Positions 54,460-64,000 of a stretch of DNA of 64,000 nt are shown here, piece by piece. A program made the translations under genes and the position numbers. Origin of the DNA: Octopus sinensis (taxonomy: Eukaryota); the NCBI RefSeq assembly GCF_006345805.1, contig NC_042998.1, positions 60,016,001-60,080,000 of the forward strand, read 5' to 3'. Position 1 is the stretch's first letter; every line of letters starts with the position of its first letter. The notes under the pieces were generated by a model, which did no database searches, had not been told where the DNA came from, and worked only from the letters and a program-made list of their open reading frames with translations.

Positions 54460-55310
54460 AGGTGTGTGTATGTGTGGGTATGTACGAGCGGGGAGACTGT
54501 GTGTGTAATAGCACGTGTGTGTGTGTGTATGTGTATGTATGTGTTATATGTGTGGTGTGAGTGTGGTTTTGGCTGTTTATATGTATATGTGTGAGTGAAC
54601 TGTGTGTCGCTTAATGTTGTAGGAAGATTTCAGCAGCATGGAAACAGAAGTGGCGGTCTTTTGTGTAGTTTGGTGTCTCTTCACACGTACATAGAGGAAT
54701 GGTCAGTAGAAAGGTGTTTGAAGTATGTGTGTGTGTCTGTATATATGTGTGTGCGTGAACGTATATGTTGTGTGGGTGTTTTGTATGTAGTGTGCGCATG
54801 CGTCTGTGTGTGTGTATGTTTGTACGAAGGGGTTGTATATGTGCGTTCCTGTGTGCATGCGTGCGTGTGTGTTTTTTTGCGTGATGTGCGTGTGCGTATA
54901 TTCCCATGTATGTGTTGTTGTTTGCTTGTATGTATGTGTGTGTGTGAACGTGGGGTTGTGTGTGGAGGTATATGCGTGTTGCAGTGCGTGCATGCGCATG
55001 CGTGTGTGAGTACATGTAGTTGTGTGTTTATGCGTGGGATTGTGTGTGTTAGGTATGAGTGCATTCGTGTGCGGGTGTGCGTGGGCCTGTGTCTGCGTGT
55101 GTGTATGTGCCTGTGTATGAGTGTGTGCATGTGTTTGCGTATGTGTATGTATGTGTGTGCGTGTATGTATATGTTGTGTATGTGCATGCGTCTGTGTGCG
55201 TATGTGTATGTATGTGTATGTGCGTGTGGGTATCTGTGAGTGGGATTGTGTGGGGGGTTGTGTGTGTGGAGTATATGTGCGTTCCTATATGTGTGCGTGT
55301 GTGTGCCTGT
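54460..55310. repeat. Degenerate (TG)n low-complexity tract
   Basis: Directly visible; it produces the CV/HT-rich ORFs. Confidence 0.9.
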
Positions 55311-55470
55311 ATCTTAAATTTGTTGACGGGAAACGTTTTGAGTATGCAAATAAATCGCCTATACCATTATGCCACTCAGTTTGAAGATGCTGACCAGTGA
55401 ATCAATACTGGGGGTAGCACCGAGTTGCTTACAAAATCCATCTCAAGCTTATTGTTATTATTACTATATA

Positions 55471-56905
55471 TCTCTCTTTATATAAACGGCAGTTTGTCTG
55501 TCTGTGTGTCTGTGTGTCTGTCAGGCTGTACCCTCACCCTGACCACGGCTTGAACCGATTCTAATGAAACTTGACACACACATAGCCCAATGTCATAATT
55601 CAAAACTAACGCAGCGAAAATTTTGAAAAGTTCCCTCAGTTCTGAAAATAATTGATAAATTCGACATGGAGTCGAGAATCTAAGCTTTTTATAGGCAACA
55701 CATTTTCTGTTGTAGTTTTCGCAACTCGCAATCGATTTTCACCAAACTCATGGGGAAGCTTAATGTTACCGTAAGAAACTTAATTCTGACGTTAGTTTTC
55801 CATGCAATACCTTACCATCAGAAAAAAATCGATAAAATCATGTCATTTTGGGAAATCACGTTCAAATTCAAGATGACATATTTTCGACAATATCTTTCAC
55901 AAATTGGCAGGAATTTTTTTTTAAATTCACAGCGAGCTCCAAGGAGCTATATGGCCCTTTTTTATTCCAATAGGATACTTTATTACGGGAAAAGATCGGT
56001 TAATTAAATCATATGTGGTACACATAGCAAACCGATTTGTGTATTAAACACAAACCATAGACTGTCTAGGGGACACAACTCGACCTTTTTAACTCACTTT
56101 GCACCACTGTCGATACCCCTGCTAGCCTCCGGGACGCTGTCTTCCACGATCTACAAAAAAATTTACGCGACCTAAAATGGCTGGCAGGCAGAGCTATTCT
56201 CGCACCCAAAATTACAACCGTCAACTCCATCAATATCCAGCTACTTGAAGCTATTCCTGGTGATGTCCACGTCTACAAATCTATAGATAGGACAGCAGAC
56301 CCCGCCGAGCTTGCCGATTACCCTGTTGAATTCCTGAATTCACTTGAACCGCCAGGCCTGCCGCCACCCATCCTGAAGTTAAAAGTCGGTGCGCCCATTA
56401 TGCTCATCAGGAATTTGGTTCCACCTAAACAGTGCAGCGGCACACGTCTGGTTGTGAAACATTTGGCACCACATTTAATAACGGCCACAATACTTACCGG
56501 TTGTGGGAAGGGAGAGGACGTCTTCATTCCACGCATGCACCTTCAACCGTCGCGCACTGACCTACCAATCCACTTCAGGCGTTCTCAGTTTCCTGTTTAA
56601 CTCTGCTTCGCAATATCCATCAATAAATCCCAAGCCCAAACGCTACAAGTTACATTTGGGCGAACAGTGCTTCGCCAAGGTCAACTCTACGTGGGCTGTT
56701 CACGCGTTGGGAGGCGCAATGATGTTTTCATGTTTTCGCCAGGGACAGCTAGGAACATCGTATACACAGAAGTATTCGAGTGAAGAGAAGACATTGCAAC
56801 CTACACGTGCGCCTTCGTTCCCTAGAGGGAAAGGACTAGATTGGGATTACTCGTTGCCTACTAGGGGCTCTTACATACCCGGGCAACGCCGGGCTATGCT
56901 GCTAG
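55471..56905 (+). mobile_element. Internally deleted Helitron with both termini and a Pif1-helicase 3' fragment
   Basis: A|TC 5' end at 55471. WLAGRAILAP...YPVEFLNSLEPPGLPP..LKLKVGAPIMLIRNL...GTRL...IPR...RSQFPV*LCFAISINKSQ lies at ~56180-56720. The 3' hairpin CCCGGGCAACGCCGGG (56878-56893) is followed by CTAG|T at 56902-56906. Confidence 0.92.
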
Positions 56906-56924
56906 TGTATATATATATAAGGCA

Positions 56925-57690
56925 ACGTGCTGGCAGGCAGAGTCACTAGCACGCTAGATGAGATGCTTAGCTCCTATTTGAGTTCAAATTCCGCTGAGGT
57001 TCAATTTTTCTTTCATCCTTTTGGGGTTGATAAAATAATAAACACTAGTTGGATACTCGGGTCGATGTAATCGAATTGTCCCCTCCTCCAAAATGATTAT
57101 CTTGTGGCAAAATTTTAAACTATTACTTATATAGAGTGGATTTGGTATATACATATACGTATATATGTATATATGTATATATATGTGTATATGTCTGCGT
57201 GTCTGTGTTTATCCCACAACATCGCTTGACAACCGATGCTGCTGCATTTACGTCCCCGTAACTCAGCGGTTCGGCAAAAAAGACCGATAGAATAAGTACC
57301 AGGGTTACAAAGAATAAGTCCTAGGGTCGATTTGCTCGACTAAAGGCTGTGCTCTAGCATGGAAAATGTCAAGTGCAACAAACCATTAAGCCATGTGCCT
57401 TCTCCCTTTCTCTCACACACACATACACACACATAGCCATAAATATATATATTATGTAATCGCGCACACACATCTTTTGCATCTTTTACTTGTTCCAGTC
57501 ATTTGACTGCGGCCATGGTGGAGCACCGCCTTTAGTCAAGCAAATCTACCCCAGGACTTATTTTTTGTAAGCCTAGTACTTATTCTATCGGACTCTTTTG
57601 CCGAACCGCTAGGTGACGGGGACATAAACACACCAACATCGGTTGTCAAGCGATGTTAGGGGGACAAGCACAAACACACAAATACACACA
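56925..57690. mobile_element. SINE A copy (+, ~56925-57110) and an inverted pair of SINE B 3' halves (+ ~57190-57365; minus ~57475-57690)
   Basis: Sequence identity to the family copies above. Confidence 0.8.
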
Positions 57691-57886
57691 CACGGACCGC
57701 AAAAATGAGGGAATCGTAGTGTTTGCCACATATTCAGGTATGAAAAACGACTTAGATAAATTGGATGATACGGATAAAGACAGACCACGTAAACGTAGGC
57801 TCAGTCCTCGCTCTCATTCACGTAGCTGATCAAAGTTCCGAGCTCGGTCACGCAGAAGGAGTCGGTCTCTCTTTCGTTCTAGATCT
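57689..57886 (+). pseudogene. SR splicing factor (SRSF4/5/6, B52/SRp55-like) pseudogene fragment: end of RRM2 plus start of the RS domain
   Basis: One frame reads HTDRKNEGIVVFATYSGMKNDLDKLDDTD-KDRPRKRRLSPRSHSRS*SKFRARSRRRSRSLFRSRS. It resembles NEGVVEFAxYSDMKxALDKLDxTE from recall. The stop at 57827 is consistent with CGA>TGA. Confidence 0.8.
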
Positions 57887-58489
57887 GTGTGTTTGTGTGT
57901 GTGTGTGTGTTTTAAAATATTGCATTTAATGTTGATCGATATTTAGTTATAAATTAAATTTATTTATTTGTTGTTGAACATTAGTTGAAGCGTCAGAATG
58001 ATGAACAAGAAAAAGTAATAAAATTCACAGTTATTGATGCATAGATTCAGAGCGAAGTTTTCTTGTGCATAGCTGTCTAATTTACTGACGATGTGAAGTT
58101 AGTCTTCTTCGGTATGTCAGGCCTGTTTGTTCAATATATCATTGTTGGTAATTATACATGTTGAAATACATGCGAAACTTTCATGCCAGTGTAAAAATTA
58201 CTTTTAAATGTAAAATGCATGCACGCAATCGCGCATGCACGCACACACATCACACACAATCAAATACATATAGAAACACGGACGCACCCACAATCACTTA
58301 TACATATATTGTCGATCTCATAAGAATTTATAAACTTTCGAGTTTTTAAAACAGTAGATCCCGAAGCAAATTAAGTTACATTTTAATAGGATGTATCTAT
58401 TATTCCTAGGTCTATGCTGTTCGAGACCTAATGTCTCAAAGAAAGAATTATTTCACACACAGACATATGTATGCTTATATATATATAAT

Positions 58490-58523
<34 letters not shown>

Positions 58524-58614
58524 CATAGATACATATCCGTATGCATATATATATATATATATATGTATGTATATATGTATTTAGGGATACGTGCATAAAT
58601 GTATATAGGCTTAA

Positions 58615-58649
<35 letters not shown>

Positions 58650-58775
58650 ATATATATGTAACTATGTATGTATGTATATATGTATATATATGTTTACATA
58701 TATACATATATATATGTATATATGTATATATATATGTATACATATATATATATATATACATATATATATGTATAC

Positions 58776-58814
<39 letters not shown>

Positions 58815-58945
58815 AAGAGAAAATAAGACAAGGTAAAAAAGATAAATCACTTTAGTATTTCCTACCTTGTTTTATTTTCCTTATACACTATCAACTTGTG
58901 TGTTCCTCTTCAATCTTCTACATATACGACAATAACTATATATGC

Positions 58946-59024
<79 letters not shown>

Positions 59025-59213
59025 TAGGTGAATGAATTATCCTAGTATGGACAATTCGGTTAACCGATACCCGGGTAGCAAATTCACGTCAGAAAACACG
59101 GTTGAAGCTACATGCCAGGGGCAGAAATCACGTGTTTTCGTGTGGAAATTTGTGTGTTTTTTAACTATAAATAGGAATTTTGTTAAAATCGTCGTTCGAC
59201 TCCATTCTTTCAC

Positions 59214-59280
<67 letters not shown>

Positions 59281-60466
59281 GATACATATCCGTATGCATA
59301 TATATATATATGGAGATATGGAATGTGAGAAGACAATAAATTATAAAAGATGAAAGATGGACGTGCAGTTGCATATATGGAATATGGAGTTAAATGATGT
59401 ACAAAATATCATATATACGTAAAGAAAATAAAAAGGCAAAAACGCTTTTACAACTGTTTCTATTGTTCGGTTACTGGTTGATACAGTACTTTGCATTATG
59501 CATTCTTAACTTTCTTATCATCGTGGTATTCTCTTTCCACTTTATTTCCCTGTTCCTCCATCTTTTATTGATGTCAAACTTTCTTATATATGATGTACGA
59601 AGACTTCTAGACTTTTCTTTGACTGTGACTAACACATACAGAGAAAGGACCTCATGATTTATAAACATTTAATTACTTAAGTGGAAAAATTTTTAGAAAA
59701 ACATTTTCTATTTAATTCTTTGTGTGTTTATATATATATAATATATATATATATATATACACGTGTGTGTGTGTATACGTGTGCTCGCGCATGTATATGT
59801 GTGCGCCTTCCTCTCCGTGTGTGAATGCATGTGTTTATGTGCGTGTGTACGCAGGCGCATCTAAACACACATACTCGTATAAGTACTGATAGTAATAAAC
59901 ATTCTCTCTCTCCAATCGAACTCTCATTTAGACTCCACTGTCCGAAGAGTAACCACCTGCTTGAAACTCAGAGTACCAAGGATCAAATTGAATCAAACTG
60001 TGTTGATCTATATATGTAACTCCCAATAAATGTATTGACTGTCCTTCATTCGCTTGTCTACTCACTCGTATATATATATAATATGTATGTGCGAGCACGC
60101 GTGTGCATGCCTTACGCAACAAATGACATAATGACATATCCGCTACCATAGTAACATGATCCTGATGAAGAAAGGGTATATCAAAATAAGATTTAAGATG
60201 CACAGAAAGGGTATAATTCCCCAGTGTTTCATCTATCTAATTGATTTTACTACGTTTTTCTTCGGGTTTTAAATTCATACATCCCGATAGGCTAAAATAC
60301 CAATATTCTAATTTTGAAAATCATATATCAATTAATATTTATATATTTTTTAAACAACATATATGCAGTATGAACAATTTCCAATACTAGTAATGAATAC
60401 ACTTTAATATTTATATTAATTTTATCAGGAGCCCCCCAAAACTAAAACAACAACAACGATAATAAC

Positions 60467-60523
<57 letters not shown>

Positions 60524-60778
60524 AATAGTAATAATAATAATATCGGTAGAAAAATGTTTTCTTTTGTTAAGCGTCAGATTTAATAAGAAATTGTCACATA
60601 TTGATGAAAATGAGTACGTTTTTATTTCTTTAGCGCTAAATATTTTACTGGATTCTTCACTCCTTGCAAACGTCATATATGTACAATTACCACAAATTTG
60701 GTATATCGATTTTAAAACAAACGAAATAATTTTGTTTATTCGTTACTTCATTCTTATTGCGATCAATGTATATATATA

Positions 60779-60811
<33 letters not shown>

Positions 60812-60974
60812 ATGTGTGTGTGTGTGTGTGGTGTGTGTGTGTGTTGTGTGTGAATGTATGTATGTATGTATGCATATATATATTTGTATTTAAAGATTTA
60901 TATATACATATATATATATACACTACACACACACATACACACACATATGTACATACATACGTACATATAAATAT

Positions 60975-61008
<34 letters not shown>

Positions 61009-63779
61009 AGTACAGGAAAGAATGGAGCTGAACGAAGATTTAACAAAATTCCTTTATTTTATTTTCGACATATGTTTCGAAGTCTGCAAAATCCCTAATT
61101 CCGAATGAATAAGGAGTCCATTATGCAGCTTTCTCTTCAGGAAAATCCAGGAACTTCTTTTGCCAACAAAATGCACAACAGGTTTTTAGATGACTGTTCA
61201 CGAGGAGCCCATAGCGATAATGATAAATAATGTCTATTTATAGGGGGTGAAGTCAGATTGGTTTAATGTAGGAGAAACTGGCAGTTAAAGGATTCAAGGG
61301 TTCAATCGAGGTTGGAGAAGGGAGGTAAAGAATATTAAGTTGAGGGAATGTATTCTGTTTGACTGGTGTTTATATTTGATTTATTTTATGAATGAGTGAT
61401 CGTATGTATGAGTGCGTATAATGTGTGTGTGTGTGTGTGTCTGTGAATGCGTGATTGTGTGTGTAGGAGGCTGACAGAAAACTAACAGCCAGGAGGTGAA
61501 AAGACTGTGTCTGTGTGTTCGAATGTATCAACTTAAGAGACAGAAAGTGGGCAGAAAGAGACCACAATAGTGAAGACAAGAGACTAGTGGACTACTTGAA
61601 TTGGTAGCAGTTCTTAGCAATTATGAGAAAGTCTTATAAACTAAAGGGATGAGATATCACAAATTAATTTTGTAGGAAATCCAGTGGTTATCTATATTAG
61701 ACTTCATTAGTATGAGTGAAAGGTATGCTTTTTCCAGTGTAAGCATCTGAAAGATCTCTCGACAATCGAGTTTATTACTTGGCCTCGGGCAAACAGAATA
61801 TGAAAGAGTTCGGAATTGCAGAGGGCACAGATTTTTCTGCCCTTATCAAACGGTAAGGACACCGACAATATTGACCATTCCAGCGTAAAAGTTGAATTTG
61901 CGTTCTTGAAACGCCAGACTAATTTGCTTAGCCCCGTGGTGTGCTGTTTATTCTTATCTCGGAACGTGGAAAAATGGTTTGAGACCCTTGTGGCTAATTT
62001 AGAGGAGGTGGCGCCAATATAGAGGTAGACATCTGATCCAGTAGAAATTTTGCACTGGTAAGTGGTGTTTCTAATTTTGGAGTTATTTGATAAGAACCTT
62101 AATCTATTGGGATTGGTTTCCGATACTAACAAGCGTTCTTATTTCTATGATGGGTGTACAAATTACTGCTGGATTTGGGCACGATACTATTCATCCTATT
62201 TTCATTACTATTTAAGGCAATATCACCAGGACATTCCCTGTTCCTGGGAATGCTAAGATTGTTATTGTCCGTAAAACTACTGTTGTTAAGAACGCTGCTA
62301 TCCTTATTACTATTGCTAACGCCAGTGCTGGTATGAAGGCTGCTAATATCTGTGCTATTTCTATTATTATTATTATTATTACTATATGTTACGTTGGAAT
62401 TTGACAGGGCGGTGTCTCTGCTCATGGGTGATGAGACCTTATTTAGCAGCTTATTGTTATGGGAGGCAATTATCTGTGAGAGATTTTTAGTATTTGAGAA
62501 AGCAATCCTTACTTTGTGCGAATTTATAGTGGAGTAATATCTCGAATTTCTGGGAAAATTCCTGGCAATGGCTTGGCGAAACTGTAAAGGGAGGTTAGAT
62601 CCGATTTGCTTCCCAAAAGGAATCACAAACCAGATATAGTTTTTTCTGTTCTTGGACTGGCTCGGAGTGTTAACTCTTACATTAAGGAGGGCATCTCTGT
62701 ATTGAAGAATGGGTTTGGCTTACGATGGTCTCCCTTGGACCGCAACTTATTTATGTTAGCTATATTTATGTCGACATTGCTAGAGCCACGATCACTACTT
62801 ATATTATTTATATTATTGTAAGTAAACTTATCATGATGAGCAAATACTTTTCCCTATAACCGGCTTTTGACAGGGCGGCATTATAGAGTTCCGCTTTTTT
62901 GCTTAAAAATGTCGACATTGGCAGATAAGTTTGATAATCTTATAGAAATATTTTTAACTAATTTATCTGTGATAGTTTTTGCGTGGTTACTGAAAAAACT
63001 GACATATTTTAGGTTTGTGGAAGGTTTATGGTAGGGGCAGTAAGAATTGCTATGCAGATTTAGGGTAATATCTAAGAAATTGGCCTTAGTTAGTTCGTTG
63101 TCGAAAACTATGTTCATGGCCATCCTACTAAAGAACCTAGCTAATCTATTTTTAGTTTTCTGTATTCTTCTGTTCGGGGCATTCTGTAGGTAAAAAAGAC
63201 AATCGTCCCGATATAGACCGCCGCAGATGTCCGGGAATTGGTCAGCTAATTCATAGAGAATATAGATTCCGACCAAATCGGCTATCTGGGCACTATCTAA
63301 GCTTCCCATTGGCACATCGAACTCGTTGGGAGTATCCTTACGGACCCATAACTTATCTTCAAACTGTATAAAGGATTTTCTAGCCACTAAAATTTTATTA
63401 ATTTCCTCCCTTGTGAGGCCTGCCTTATTATGCGCGTGCCATAGGGCCTTATTGAGTACACTAGGGTTTATCGAGGGGTAGAAATTAGCAATATCGAACT
63501 GAATGAACTTAGTGCTGTTTTTATTAGGAATGGAAGAAAACCAATTTACGACTTGCGAGGAGCTCGCCGAAAGGTTAAGCTTAAGCTTATTAACTAATCT
63601 ATGTATGTATTTGTCTAAAATGTACTTACTGATGGAACCGATGTCGGAACTAGAAGGGCAGATGAGCCTTAATGCTGGATTGGTGTGAAAATTTGGTTTG
63701 TGGTCCTTAACGATGAATCTAGGTTGCCTTGGGTTGAACGGTTGTGTTTTCATTTGAAGCCCATAATTTACCATAATTA
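61009..63779 (-). mobile_element. Penelope-like retroelement (Neptune-type), 5'-truncated, frameshifted
   Basis: RT at 62881-63774: PNFHTNPALRLI, FDIANFYPSI, PMGSLDSAQIADLVG, GLYRDD, NFLDITLNL, YCPYHKP. The N-rich linker ends in RNKNAC. GIY-YIG at 61707-62132: YQC...YIGAT...RVSNH...LSKLVW...WSI...CALCNSE. The 3' repeat abuts (TA)n. Confidence 0.92.
61061..61146 (-). ncRNA. Canonical type I hammerhead ribozyme in the PLE 3' repeat
   Basis: The minus strand reads ATTTTC-CTGAAGA-GAAAGCTGCA[long loop]TGCAGACTTC-GAAA-C(ATAT)G-TC-GAAAAT. It has a 6-bp stem I, an intact core, a palindromic stem III loop and a GUC site. Predicted cleavage is between 61067 and 61066. Confidence 0.85.
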
Positions 63780-64000
63780 ATCAAATAACTCCAAAATTAG
63801 AAACACCACTTACCAGTGCAAAATTTCTACTGGATCAGATGTCTACCTCTATATTGGCGCCACCTCCTCTAAATTAGCCACAAGGGTCTCAAACCATTTT
63901 CCACGTTCCGAGATAAGAATAAACAGCACACCACGGGGCTAAGCAAATTAGTCTGGAGTTTGAAGAACGCAAATTCAACTTTTACGCTGGAATGGTCAAT
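63780..64000 (+). repeat. Inverted copy of the PLE GIY-YIG region at the element's truncated 5' end
   Basis: Reverse complement of 61870-62091, with two substitutions and one 1-nt deletion by my manual alignment. It runs off the window edge. Confidence 0.95.

Overview
AT-rich, microsatellite-saturated eukaryotic DNA. The SINE families and simple-repeat load suggest an octopus or other coleoid cephalopod genome (inference, not searched). Almost all of the window is intronic or intergenic. The only host coding sequence I can support is one 100-nt exon (45614-45713, +) encoding the ECL1-TM3-DR region of a class A neuropeptide GPCR (RFamide/SIFamide-receptor-like). The rest is mobile DNA. Non-LTR elements: a near full-length Tx1/L1-clade LINE (8.6-14.5 kb), CR1-like, RTE and R4/Dong-like fragments, and at least three tRNA-derived SINE families. 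Other elements: a Gypsy 3' end with LTR, mariner and Tc1 remnants, a hAT MITE with a perfect 8-bp TSD, a terminally complete internally deleted Helitron, and an SR-protein (SRSF4/5/6-like) pseudogene fragment fused to a SINE. A Neptune-type Penelope-like element (PLE) has an inverted 5' duplication. The most striking signal is a dispersed set of about 12 hammerhead-ribozyme (HHR) motifs. One is fully canonical and lies in the PLE 3' repeat (61061-61146, minus). Others sit in short (TA)n-embedded elements and in head-to-head fold-back palindromes (4151-4295, 35315-35773). Most of the listed ORFs are translation artefacts of microsatellites.
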